DNA of 64,000 nucleotides from Minisyncoccota bacterium (GTDB taxonomy: Bacteria > Patescibacteriota > Minisyncoccia > Phycocordibacterales > Phycocordibacteraceae), in NCBI GenBank assembly GCA_018062765.1, contig JAGORR010000001.1, forward strand, positions 217,249-281,248, in the 5' to 3' direction. A model generated the notes under the pieces. That model was not told the DNA's origin. It searched no databases and saw nothing but the letters and a program-made list of their open reading frames with translations. A program made the position numbers and the translations under genes. Positions 1 through 8,635 of this stretch are shown piece after piece (position 1 is the first letter of the stretch; every line of letters begins with the position of its first letter).

Positions 1-269
1 AACATTGTGACCGATGATACGAGTGCAGAAAATTTCTCACGTACGTTTCCTGCGAGCTCTGCTGCTGATGATTCTGAAAGATAGGTCCCCGCAGCCATTG
101 AGAATGCCTCTACAAAAATAAGCACAGTGCCGGTAAGTAAGATGGTCTCAACTGGCACACCTGCGAGTGCGATGCCGGACAGAAGCCCAACCGTGGAGAC
201 GAGGCTATCCTCGACACCGAATATGAAGTTCCTGAAATGCGCGATGGTACGCGCTTCGTGCGTACGCAT
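1..269 (-). CDS. VIT1/CCC1-family Fe/Mn transporter, N-terminal part (gene runs off window start)
   Basis: Minus-strand translation from ATG (complement 267-269): MRTHEARTIAHFRNFIFGVEDSLVSTVGLLSGIALAG...ILLTGTVLIFVEAFSMAAGTYLSESSAAE. The DSLVST and AFSMA.G.Y motifs are typical of the VIT family. Not in the ORF track because it runs off the edge. Confidence 0.55.
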   Translation of the reverse strand, partial: MRTHEARTIAHFRNFIFGVEDSLVSTVGLLSGIALAGVPVETILLTGTVLIFVEAFSMAAGTYLSESSAAELAGNVREKFSALVSSVTM

Positions 270-271
270 AA

Positions 272-493
272 CTAAAGTTTCTCAATCTCCTTTAAGTCCT
301 TATCGGGCAGATAAAGGAGGAGAAGGCCAAGTATGATGCCGCCTATCGCAGTTACCGTATGGTCGCCCGCAAAGAGCCACAGGTCGATGCTGTCCGCCAC
401 ATACCAAATACCACGCCAAATAAGCACAAGGCCTATGGCGATCGGTACGCTTCGAGCCAGCTGCCGAAAAAAAGAATAGTGAGCCTGAGTCAT
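272..493 (-). CDS. small hydrophobic membrane protein, hypothetical
   Basis: 73-aa ORF with two predicted TM helices, directly upstream of and co-oriented with the VIT gene. Confidence 0.35.
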   Translation of the reverse strand: MTQAHYSFFRQLARSVPIAIGLVLIWRGIWYVADSIDLWLFAGDHTVTAIGGIILGLLLLYLPDKDLKEIEKL

Positions 494-495
494 GA

Positions 496-1185
496 TTAGA
501 AATCAGAAAGTTCTCGCAGGGAGCGGTTGCGGTGGATGAGCTCGTCGTTTCGAACGAGCTCGAAGAACTCGTACTCGCTTCTTACGTTCCTTCCGTAGAA
601 GTCGAGGAACTCCGACATAATCGGCCGGTCCTTAAGGGTTTCCTCATTTTGCTCAAGGAACCGAGAGTATTCCTCATACGCGTGGCGCTCGAAGGCATAA
701 TTAAGCTCGTGCGCAGTCTTCCGGGAGAAGAGGTAGATAAGGAAGGTCGCGACGAAGTAGAAGAAGGCAAACAGGAATGGAATCACGGTGTGCCGTACCA
801 CTCCGGCGCAGCGGTACTTACGCACGAGCTGGCTCAACACGACGACGTGCATCGTTTCGTTATCCTGCGCCATACGGCAGAAGGCCCGAGTTTTGGCGAG
901 CTCCATGGCGCGCTTCTCGTTCGTGTAGAAAAGCGTCAGCAGGGTATAGGTCGCGATTTCCCAGGACTGATACGGGACCCGGGCGATGACCTCTATCGCT
1001 TTGAACTTTTCATAGGATGGCCTTCTGCCGTAGAAAACGGTACCCGCAGCAATAAGTAGCCAGCCGAGGGCTCCTGCAACTATGTTTACGCGGTAGTCGT
1101 CATAGGGGCGCGCGTATTCCGTCCTGAGGGCGGGCTCAAGCAGGGTGCGCGCAAGCTCCTCGTGTTCAGCGTAGCTCTCGGTCAT
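496..1185 (-). CDS. alternative oxidase (AOX/PTOX)-like di-iron carboxylate protein
   Basis: Four-helix di-iron ligand pattern in the correct order: IEVIARVPY (E), DNETMHV (ExxH), FERHAYEEY (E/ExxH), RNDELIHRN (ExxH). These resemble AOX LET..VPG, NERMHL, LEEEA, RADEAHH. Confidence 0.55.
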   Translation of the reverse strand: MTESYAEHEELARTLLEPALRTEYARPYDDYRVNIVAGALGWLLIAAGTVFYGRRPSYEKFKAIEVIARVPYQSWEIATYTLLTLFYTNEKRAMELAKTRAFCRMAQDNETMHVVVLSQLVRKYRCAGVVRHTVIPFLFAFFYFVATFLIYLFSRKTAHELNYAFERHAYEEYSRFLEQNEETLKDRPIMSEFLDFYGRNVRSEYEFFELVRNDELIHRNRSLRELSDF

Positions 1186-1304
1186 TTTCTAAAAGCCTAA
1201 CACGGCCGCTCTATAGGCAGTGCCTGCCTATTGACCTTGGCGCCATGAGGAGTAGTTTCCTAAGCAGGGACGCCGTTCCTGGGAAAATCAACAGGGGATT
1301 ACAG

Positions 1305-2015
1305 ATGAAAATGCTCGTCGTAGAACCCGACCGCAGTACGTCGGATAGCATACAGATGTTTCTCTCGTCCGAGGGTTTCGTCGCCGACTTCACAGACCTC
1401 GGGGAAGATGGCATCGATATCGCGAAACGCTATGAATATGATGCCATTGTCCTCGAGCTTCTGCTCCGGGACATGTCAGGATTTGATGTCATCCGCTCGT
1501 TGCGGGCCGGCAAATGTGATACGCCGATCATTGTGCTCACCGGAACCTCGTCCGTGGAGAACAAGGTCAAGGCTCTCCGGCTTGGCGCGGATGACTATCT
1601 CACCAAGCCGTTCCACAAGGACGAGATGGTCGCTCGCATCCATGCCATCGTGCGCCGCGCGAATCGCATGACGCACTCATCGGTCGCTATCGGCAATATG
1701 GTCGTGGATCTCGCGAATCGGTATGTTACGGTCGACGGCGCATTCGTGCGGCTCGCAGGTCTGCAGTACAGCGTCCTCGAGCTCTTGGTGACGCGCATCA
1801 ACCGGCTCGTGAAGAAGGAGCTCGTGATGGATCACCTCTATGGCGGCCGAGCGGATGAGCCCGACGAAAAAATCGTGAGTGTTATCGTCTGCAAGCTGAA
1901 GCAGAAGCTCGAGGAAGCAGGCTTCGATACTCGCGCAATTGTGAACGTTTGGGGACACGGTTACCGACTCGAGCACTCGCTCGTAAACGGCAGCGCCCCC
2001 ATGTTGACGCACTAA
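1305..2015 (+). CDS. OmpR/PhoB-family response regulator, atypical receiver (phospho-acceptor Asp replaced by Glu)
   Basis: Receiver plus winged-helix domains (LTKPF, GHGYRLE). Aligned to PhoB, DLILLDWMLPG corresponds to DAIVLELLLRD here. Thr and Lys of the receiver are conserved. Internal ATG chosen after a GGGGA RBS. Confidence 0.75.
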   Translation: MKMLVVEPDRSTSDSIQMFLSSEGFVADFTDLGEDGIDIAKRYEYDAIVLELLLRDMSGFDVIRSLRAGKCDTPIIVLTGTSSVENKVKALRLGADDYLTKPFHKDEMVARIHAIVRRANRMTHSSVAIGNMVVDLANRYVTVDGAFVRLAGLQYSVLELLVTRINRLVKKELVMDHLYGGRADEPDEKIVSVIVCKLKQKLEEAGFDTRAIVNVWGHGYRLEHSLVNGSAPMLTH

Positions 2016-2080
2016 CGCTTCGACAAGTCCATGAACAAAAGGGTCACGGTTTAACCGTGGCCCGTTCTCTTTTCATGCAG

Positions 2081-3907
2081 CTACTCGACCGTCACAGACT
2101 TTGCGAGGTTCCTGGGCTGGTCTATCGGGAGGTCACGAGCGTGCGCCACATGGTAGGCAAAAAGCTGCACAGGTATCGCCGTCAGGATGGGAAGAAACGC
2201 CTCATGCGTCTTCGGTACTGCGATGATATCGTCAGCAAGTTCTCTGAGATCCTCCTCCTTGCCCTCCGTGGTAATCGCAAGCACCTTACCGCCGCGCGCC
2301 TTTATTTCTTGAATGTTTGATTTCGATTTTTCATACAAAGAATCATCGGGCGCAAGCACAACCGAGAGGAAGGACGGCTCGATAAGCGCAATCGGTCCGT
2401 GTTTCATCTCGCCTGAGGCATACCCCTCCGCATGTATGTAGGAAATTTCCTTGAGCTTTATCGCGCCTTCAAGTGCGATAGGGAATTGGTACTTGCGCCC
2501 TAGGTAGAATGCGTTTTCCGCGTCCTTATATTTTTGCGAAAGCTTCCTGATTTCCTCGCTCTTCTTAAGGATAGAACGCGCAAGGTCTGGAAGTTTTGCG
2601 AGTTCCTCGATACGTTCTTGTCCTTCTCCGACCGACATTCCGCGTCCGCGCGCAAATAGTATGGAAATCATCGCGAATACCGCCATCTGCGAAATCATCG
2701 CTTTTGTCGAAGCGACGCTAATCTCCGGCCCCGCGTGGTTGTAGACGCCCGCATCCGTCTCACGTGCGATAGAAGATCCGACGACGTTGACGACGCCGAG
2801 CGTGGTAACACCATTGCGTTTTGCTTCGCGGATTGCCTCTATGGTGTCGAGCGTTTCTCCTGACTGCGAAACCGCGATAAGTATCGTGTCTGCCGGGTTC
2901 ATTGTGTTCTTGCGGTATCGCAACTCCGACCCAAGCTCAACCTCGGTGGGGATTCCCGCGAACTCCTCGAGCATAAGTTCGCCCACGCGCCCGGCGTAGG
3001 ACGCGCTTCCGCAGCCGGTAATGATGACGCGAGACTTCTCCTGAAGTGTGGGCAGGATGTCGATGAGTCCACCGAGTCGTACCGAGCCCTCCGCCATGAG
3101 GAGTCGACCACGAAGCGTGTTCTCAAGGGCCTCAGGTATCTCCATCATTTCTTTCAGCATGAAATGCTCGTACCCCTTCTTTTGGGCCGCCTCGAGGTCC
3201 CACTCTAGGGTCTCGACCGTGGCACTTCGTGATTCACCCGCCAAGGTGCGGATGTCGTAGCCGTTTTCAGTTAGTACGGCGATATCTCCATCGTCGAGGT
3301 ATACAACGTCTCGCGTATGTCGCAAGACAGGCGTCGCGTCAGACGCAATGTAATACTCACCATCTCCTATCCCGAGCATTACAGGGCTTGAAAATCGCGC
3401 GGCAACGAGTTTCCCTGGCTCACGCACGCTTGCCGCTACGAGTCCGTATGTGCCGCGCACGCGACTAAGTGCTTTAGCGACTGCGTCCTCAAGCAACACT
3501 CCCTCGCCATACTCCGCGTAGATAAGATTCGCGAGTACTTCGGTATCGGTGTCCGAGTGAAAAGCGACGCCGGAGGACGCAAGCTCAGCCTTTAGGTCTG
3601 CGTAATTCTCGATAATGCCATTGTGAACGATCGAGACCGTTCCCGAGGCGTCCGTATGAGGATGCGCGTTCTTCTCGACTGGCGGGCCGTGTGTGGCCCA
3701 GCGTGTATGAGCGATTCCGAGAGTACCTGAGAATCCTTCCGGCACCGCCTCACGCAAGGTTGCCACTTTTCCGGCGCGTCGTACTACACCTTTACCTTCG
3801 ACATAAATACCGGCGGAATCATACCCACGGTATTCGAGCGCCGAGAGCCCATCAAGAAGGAAGGGAGTTGCGTTCCGCGAACCTACGTATCCGACGATGC
3901 CACACAT
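2081..3907 (-). CDS. glmS: glutamine--fructose-6-phosphate aminotransferase
   Basis: N-terminal MCGIVGY Ntn-amidotransferase domain and two SIS domains; 608 aa. Confidence 0.95.
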   Translation of the reverse strand: MCGIVGYVGSRNATPFLLDGLSALEYRGYDSAGIYVEGKGVVRRAGKVATLREAVPEGFSGTLGIAHTRWATHGPPVEKNAHPHTDASGTVSIVHNGIIENYADLKAELASSGVAFHSDTDTEVLANLIYAEYGEGVLLEDAVAKALSRVRGTYGLVAASVREPGKLVAARFSSPVMLGIGDGEYYIASDATPVLRHTRDVVYLDDGDIAVLTENGYDIRTLAGESRSATVETLEWDLEAAQKKGYEHFMLKEMMEIPEALENTLRGRLLMAEGSVRLGGLIDILPTLQEKSRVIITGCGSASYAGRVGELMLEEFAGIPTEVELGSELRYRKNTMNPADTILIAVSQSGETLDTIEAIREAKRNGVTTLGVVNVVGSSIARETDAGVYNHAGPEISVASTKAMISQMAVFAMISILFARGRGMSVGEGQERIEELAKLPDLARSILKKSEEIRKLSQKYKDAENAFYLGRKYQFPIALEGAIKLKEISYIHAEGYASGEMKHGPIALIEPSFLSVVLAPDDSLYEKSKSNIQEIKARGGKVLAITTEGKEEDLRELADDIIAVPKTHEAFLPILTAIPVQLFAYHVAHARDLPIDQPRNLAKSVTVE

Positions 3908-4064
3908 AGTGAGTATGATAACCGTTTGGGCGAGGAAAAGTTGCGTGGTATAAAGGCGTGACCGGACGAGTTGCCGCTGTCAGTTTCTCCTCGCAGACTC
4001 AGAAAACTGCCATCGTGCTCGTTCGGCGCTCGAACTCGTGCCAGCACGGTTCGATGCCTCTCTC

Positions 4065-4318
4065 GCCGATGTAGCTCAGCTGGTAGAGCACGTCCATGGT
4101 GGGTCGCAAAGCCCTGCCCACGTTTTCAGTAATGAGAGCGTGAATCCCGAATTACGGTTAATAGCCCCACAGGCCAAGACCGTGGCGCATAGCGCCCGAA
4201 CGACTGACAAGGGTATCCGTTCCGGATAAAGATACAGTCTAGCCCTCTTTCGCGTGGCAGTTAGGAAAAGAGGTGTAAGCGAAGGACGGGGTCGCCGGTT
4301 CAAGCCCGGCCATCGGCT
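4065..4318 (+). tRNA. tRNA gene interrupted in the anticodon loop by an approximately 180-nt insertion (candidate group I intron); anticodon not confidently assignable (possibly Arg)
   Basis: 5' half GCCGATG-TA-GCTCAGCTGGTAGAGC-A-CGTCC-AT at 4065-4097. 3' half CGAA-GGACG-GGGTC-GCCGG-TTCAAGC-CCGGC-CATCGGC-T ending at 4318. Acceptor (GCCGATG/CATCGGC), D, anticodon (CGTCC/GGACG) and T stems are all perfectly paired. About 181 nt are inserted after U33/N34. Confidence 0.6.
4098..4279 (+). ncRNA. group I-like intron within the tRNA anticodon loop
   Basis: Contains GCCAAGACCGTGG (4171-4183), GAACGACTGACAAGGGTATCC (R-like, 4197-4217) and AAAGATACAGTCTAGCC (S-like, 4228-4245), with a P7-like GACUG/CAGUC pairing. 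These resemble the conserved cores of Tetrahymena, Anabaena tRNA-Leu and Azoarcus tRNA-Ile introns. Exact splice sites are uncertain. Confidence 0.45.
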
Positions 4319-4324
4319 CAGATA

Positions 4325-4526
4325 CACGAGAAACGCGCCCCTGCGGGGCGCGTTTCTCGTGTATCTGAGACCCTATTAAACTCCGTTAGAACCCATTTTG
4401 CAAAGGAGCCCTGATTACTCGCGCCTCGCGGACTCGGCGCTCGCCCCGACCCCTGTCCGCACTAAAATCCTTTTCTTTTTTCGCGGGGGGGGGGGAATCC
4501 AAAAATCCGGGCTCGGAGCGGCAGGG
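4325..4526. repeat. left copy of a ~200-bp near-identical inverted repeat (IR-L)
   Basis: Reverse complement of 9030-9227. Contains a 37-nt perfect palindrome cacgagaaacgcgcccctgcggggcgcgtttctcgtg at its outer end and a G11 homopolymer (G8 in the partner). Confidence 0.85.
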
Positions 4527-4544
4527 AGAGGGTCATAATCCTTA

Positions 4545-4575
4545 TTGACGCAATATACCCCTTAGGGGTATATTG
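4545..4575 (+). promoter_or_regulatory. sigma70-like promoter overlapped by a CsoR-type operator palindrome; the transcript is probably leaderless
   Basis: TTGACG (4545-4550), 18-nt spacer, TATATT (4569-4574). Operator CAATATACCCC-tta-GGGGTATATTG (4551-4575) matches the ATACCC..GGGTAT CsoR consensus. csoR ATG at 4581. Confidence 0.55.
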
Positions 4576-4580
4576 CGTTT

Positions 4581-4847
4581 ATGCAACAAGCTCACAAGAA
4601 AAGTTTGCTCTCCCGGTTGCGCCGGATCGAAGGCCAAGTTCGGGGCCTTATCCGACTGGTTGAGAAGGATACCTACTGCATAGATGTTATTACCCAAACG
4701 TCGGCAATAAAAAGTGCTCTCTCAAGCGTCGAAGATCTCCTTCTAGAAAATCACTTGGAAACGTGCGCATCGAATCAGATCAAGTCGGGGAATATAAAAA
4801 AGGCGAAGCAGGAGATTCTTGCCGTGTATCGGCTTAAGCGCAAATAG
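4581..4847 (+). CDS. csoR: CsoR/RcnR-family copper-sensing transcriptional repressor
   Basis: 88 aa. RIEGQVRGL, the conserved Cys in YCIDV, and the H..E..C metal ligands (LENHLETC). Confidence 0.8.
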   Translation: MQQAHKKSLLSRLRRIEGQVRGLIRLVEKDTYCIDVITQTSAIKSALSSVEDLLLENHLETCASNQIKSGNIKKAKQEILAVYRLKRK

Positions 4848-4848
4848 C

Positions 4849-7143
4849 ATGAACGATCGTCGAACGTATCGAGTAAAGGGCATGCATTGCGCTTCGTGCG
4901 CAAGCATTATTGAGCGCGCGGTCAAGAAAGTCGATGGAGTAGAGCACGTTGAAGTGAACTACGGCACCGAGACAGCAAAAATCGCCTTTGATGAGAGTAA
5001 AACCAACCCTCACCACCTTTCCGAGCAACTCAAGCCACTTGGCTATTCGTTTGTGGTTCCTACGGCAGAGTCGATGGGAATGTCAGCCGAAGAGCATGCC
5101 GCGCATACGGGACTAGGGCAGTCAAAAGCCGAGAAGCTTGCCGAAATAGAAGAGATGCGATGGAGAGTATTTTCGGTGCTTCCGTTAGCTGCGTTTAGTA
5201 TTTTTGTAATGGGCTGGGAGATGTTCGCTCAGTTGGGCACTCTAAGCCCAATACCGGAAATCTGGAATGAATTTTTCCATCACCTTCTGCCGATCTTTGC
5301 CACGTACACGTTCATTGTCGTAGGAAAGCCGTACGCGCTTGGTTTCTACCGCTTTGTCCGCTACGGCAAGGCGAATATGGATACGCTGATCGGGATAGGC
5401 ACTTCCGTAGCCTTCGTGTACAGCTTCATTCTTTCCGCTTTCGAAGAGCCGCTTCGCCCGTTTCTTAATGTTGATCAGACCTATTACGACGTAACTATTG
5501 TCGTGATCGCGTTTATCGCGCTTGGCAAATACCTCGAAGCTCGTTCGAAGCTCAAGACTGGAGATGCAATCGAGAAACTACTCGGTCTTCAAGCAAAAAC
5601 CGCCTTGGTAGTGAAAAACGGAAAAGAGGTGGAGATTCCAGTAGATCAGGTAGCCCATGGCGATCTCATCGTAGTAAAACCGGGCGGCAAGATACCTGTT
5701 GATGGCGTACTCACCGAAGGCAGTTCGTATGTAGACGAGTCGATGGTCACGGGTGAATCTATGGCAGTCGAAAAGAACGTCGGCGATACGGTCGTGGCAG
5801 GAACCATAAACACCAAGGGACATTTCGTATTTAAGGCTACGAAGGTGGGTTCCGAGACCTTGCTTGCACATATCATCAAGATGGTTGGGGAAGCGCAGGG
5901 AAGTAAGGCGCCCATTCAGGGGCTTGCGGACAAGATTTCAAGCGTGTTCGTCCCCATCGTTCTTGTCTTTTCGATTCTCGTATTTGCCGCATGGCTTCTG
6001 TTTGGCATACCGACACTCGGTCTTGCGCAGGCGCTCACGCTCGGCCTAACCTCGTTTGTGGGTATTTTAGTCATTGCGTGTCCGTGTGCTCTTGGTCTTG
6101 CAACGCCGATTGCCGTAATCGTCGGTGTCGGCAAAGGAGCGCAGGAGGGGATTCTCATCAAGGATGCCGCCACTCTCCAAAAGCTCCGAAGCGTCGATAC
6201 GGTAGTGATTGATAAGACCGGCACCATAACGAAAGGCACGCCGGAAGTGATAGAAGTCGTTGTGCAGGGAAATCGCGGCAAGGACGAATTGATTTCCATC
6301 TTGGCCTCGCTTGAAAAGAAGTCCGAACACCCGCTTGCAACTGCAATCCTTGCATACGCTGAACGTAGAAATATATCGCTCAAATCAGTAGAGCATTTCG
6401 AAATGCTTTCCGGAAGAGGTGTGCGAGGAACTATAGAGGGGGTGGAATACCTCGCGGGTAACACAACGCTCATGCAAGAATACTCCGTTGCATTTGATAA
6501 CTCTTCTCTTAAAGAACGAACCGAGAAAGGAAGGACGCCGGTATTTCTTGCTACGAAGAAAAGTGTTGTTGGGATAGTATTTGTGGCCGATGCGGTAAAA
6601 CCTGAAGCCGTCACTGCCATTCAAAAACTTCATAAGATGGGAATCAAAACCGTTATGCTTACCGGCGATAATCGCCAGACAGCGGAATCTATCGCGAAAG
6701 AAGTCGGTATAGACGACGTGGTGGCACAGATGTTGCCTGACGAGAAGCTCAACAAGATCAAAGAACTTCAAGCCGAGGGGCGTGTGGTCGCAATGGCGGG
6801 GGATGGCGTGAATGATGCTCCTGCACTTGCGCAGGCTGATGTGGGTATTGCCATGGGCACCGGAACCGATGTTGCCATAGAAACCGCAGGCATTACGCTT
6901 CTTGGCGGGGATATTGGGAAGGTCGTAAAAGCGATACGGCTTTCGCGCTTTACCATGACCGGCATTAAGCAAAATCTGTTCTGGGCATTCATCTACAATC
7001 TCGTTGGGATACCGATTGCAGCAGGAATTCTTTATCCGTTTACGGGATGGCTTTTGTCGCCCGTTGTCGCAGGTCTTGCAATGGCGTTTTCAAGCGTGTC
7101 GGTGGTACTCAATTCACTGCGACTAAAAGCCGTTAAACTATAA
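4849..7143 (+). CDS. copA: copper-translocating P1B-type ATPase with an N-terminal HMA domain
   Basis: GMHCASCA (CxxC HMA), TGES, CPC ([10 protein letters not shown]), [18 protein letters not shown] at 4849 directly after the csoR stop. Confidence 0.95.
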   Translation: MNDRRTYRVKGMHCASCASIIERAVKKVDGVEHVEVNYGTETAKIAFDESKTNPHHLSEQLKPLGYSFVVPTAESMGMSAEEHAAHTGLGQSKAEKLAEIEEMRWRVFSVLPLAAFSIFVMGWEMFAQLGTLSPIPEIWNEFFHHLLPIFATYTFIVVGKPYALGFYRFVRYGKANMDTLIGIGTSVAFVYSFILSAFEEPLRPFLNVDQTYYDVTIVVIAFIALGKYLEARSKLKTGDAIEKLLGLQAKTALVVKNGKEVEIPVDQVAHGDLIVVKPGGKIPVDGVLTEGSSYVDESMVTGESMAVEKNVGDTVVAGTINTKGHFVFKATKVGSETLLAHIIKMVGEAQGSKAPIQGLADKISSVFVPIVLVFSILVFAAWLLFGIPTLGLAQALTLGLTSFVGILVIACPCALGLATPIAVIVGVGKGAQEGILIKDAATLQKLRSVDTVVIDKTGTITKGTPEVIEVVVQGNRGKDELISILASLEKKSEHPLATAILAYAERRNISLKSVEHFEMLSGRGVRGTIEGVEYLAGNTTLMQEYSVAFDNSSLKERTEKGRTPVFLATKKSVVGIVFVADAVKPEAVTAIQKLHKMGIKTVMLTGDNRQTAESIAKEVGIDDVVAQMLPDEKLNKIKELQAEGRVVAMAGDGVNDAPALAQADVGIAMGTGTDVAIETAGITLLGGDIGKVVKAIRLSRFTMTGIKQNLFWAFIYNLVGIPIAAGILYPFTGWLLSPVVAGLAMAFSSVSVVLNSLRLKAVKL

Positions 7144-7150
7144 CTAACTC

Positions 7151-8170
7151 ATGAAATCCTACACTTTCCACGTACACGGGATGCACTGCAATTCTTGCGT
7201 GGTGCTTACCGAGGGTGAACTCAAAGACCATGCGTCTGTAGAGCATGCAGTTGCTGACCTAAAGACGTGCTGCGTCGAAGTTCGAGGTGATTTCGGAGAC
7301 AAAAGCCACACGGAAGTCGCGCAGGAACTCTCGCCGCTTCTTGAAAAGCACGGGTACAAACTCTCCACGGAGAAAGAGCAGAAGGGAGTGAAGTGGTCTG
7401 ATTTTGGTATCGCAGTCCCGGCGACGCTCGGGTTCATGGCATTTTTCGTCATATTGCAAAAGCTCGGGCTGGTGAATCTCGTTTCAAGCGGCGAAGTGAA
7501 TTACGGAACAGCATTCCTCATAGGACTTATTGCTTCCGTCTCGACCTGTATGGCGGTTGTGGGGTCGCTTGTCCTTTCGGTTTCGGCGAACTATGCGAAA
7601 GAAGGGGATAAGGTGCGTCCGCAAGTCCTGTTTCATATCGGACGCCTTGCCGCGTTCTTCCTGCTTGGCGGCATTATCGGCGCGGTCGGTTCAGCGTTTC
7701 AGTTGGGGACAGTCGGCATATTTGTGATGACCTTTGTCGTTGCGCTTGTGATGCTCATACTCGGCATCAACCTGCTTGATATCTTTCCGTGGGCGAAGAA
7801 ACTTCAACCGACGTTTCCGAAGTTCATTTCAAATCACCTACTTGAGATTAAAAAAGTAAACCACACGCTCACACCAGTGTTGCTCGGTATCGTCACATTC
7901 GTTCTCCCATGCGGATTCACGCAGTCAATGCAACTCTACTCACTTACGACGGGAAGCTTCTGGGGAGGGGCAACGACGATGTTCGTATTTGCGCTTGGTA
8001 CTTTGCCAGTACTCGCGCTTTTGAGTTTCGGTTCACTAGGAATTCGCGATAAAGCGACATCAAGCGTGTTCTTCAAGACGGCGGGACTGGTCGTGATCAT
8101 ATTCGCCCTCATGAATCTGGTAAATAGCTTCGTGATAATTGGGTTCATACCACCTATCTTTAATTTCTAG
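7151..8170 (+). CDS. HMA metal-binding domain fused to a DsbD_2/CcdA-like two-cysteine transmembrane domain
   Basis: N-terminal GMHCNSC HMA fold. Six or more TM helices, with conserved Cys in the TM segments (ASVSTCMAVVG and VLPCGFTQ). Confidence 0.55.
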   Translation: MKSYTFHVHGMHCNSCVVLTEGELKDHASVEHAVADLKTCCVEVRGDFGDKSHTEVAQELSPLLEKHGYKLSTEKEQKGVKWSDFGIAVPATLGFMAFFVILQKLGLVNLVSSGEVNYGTAFLIGLIASVSTCMAVVGSLVLSVSANYAKEGDKVRPQVLFHIGRLAAFFLLGGIIGAVGSAFQLGTVGIFVMTFVVALVMLILGINLLDIFPWAKKLQPTFPKFISNHLLEIKKVNHTLTPVLLGIVTFVLPCGFTQSMQLYSLTTGSFWGGATTMFVFALGTLPVLALLSFGSLGIRDKATSSVFFKTAGLVVIIFALMNLVNSFVIIGFIPPIFNF

Positions 8171-8174
8171 TACC

Positions 8175-8570
8175 ATGGATACGAGCATGAAAGCGACTAT
8201 TGCGGCAGTTATTTTCGGAGGGCTTTTGATCGGTGGAGCATTGCTTCTCTCGGGTAGTTCCGCTACTGACGCTGTCGAGGGAGTCAATGTGAGCGTAGTT
8301 GATGGGAAACAAATAATCGAAATTGGTGCCAAGGGAGGTTATTCTCCGAGAGAGACTATTGCAAAAGCAGACATCCCAACAGTCCTGCGCGTTGCAACGA
8401 AAGGAACGTTCGATTGTTCGTCGGCACTTACTATCCCGGCGATTGGATATCAAAATAGTCTGCCTCCCTCCGGTACTACCGACATAGAAATTCCTCCACA
8501 AAAACCCGGTACGACTCTCCAGGGACTCTGTGCGATGGGAATGTACAACTTTTCCATTAAATTTAACTAG
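8175..8570 (+). CDS. membrane-anchored cupredoxin-like protein (putative Cu-binding), hypothetical
   Basis: N-terminal TM anchor, beta-rich domain, Cys/Met cluster (FDCSS, GLCAMGMY). Position in the cop operon. Homology is tentative. Confidence 0.35.
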   Translation: MDTSMKATIAAVIFGGLLIGGALLLSGSSATDAVEGVNVSVVDGKQIIEIGAKGGYSPRETIAKADIPTVLRVATKGTFDCSSALTIPAIGYQNSLPPSGTTDIEIPPQKPGTTLQGLCAMGMYNFSIKFN

Positions 8571-8635
8571 GGAGCCCCGCCGCATCCTCGCGGCGGGATA
8601 TGCGCGCACGGGTGGGGGCAAGCATGTATGAATTT

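Noticed and set aside
127-336. 69-aa plus-strand ORF at the window start
   Set aside because: Overlaps, in antisense, the VIT-family gene (1-269, minus) and the small membrane gene (272-493, minus), which have far better protein-like features.
4038-4327. ORFs 4038-4229 (+) and 4076-4327 (-) overlapping the intron-containing tRNA
   Set aside because: They overlap a well-formed tRNA and a group-I-like core. The intron (about 180 nt) is too short to encode a homing endonuclease. The translations are low-complexity.
5578-6992. Antisense ORFs within copA (5916-6620 -, 6385-6972 -, 5646-5915 -) and similar antisense or alternative-frame ORFs inside glmS, pyrG, the msrAB fusion, the 1435-aa surface gene and the helicase gene
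   Set aside because: Embedded in high-confidence conserved genes. These are GC-rich frame artefacts.
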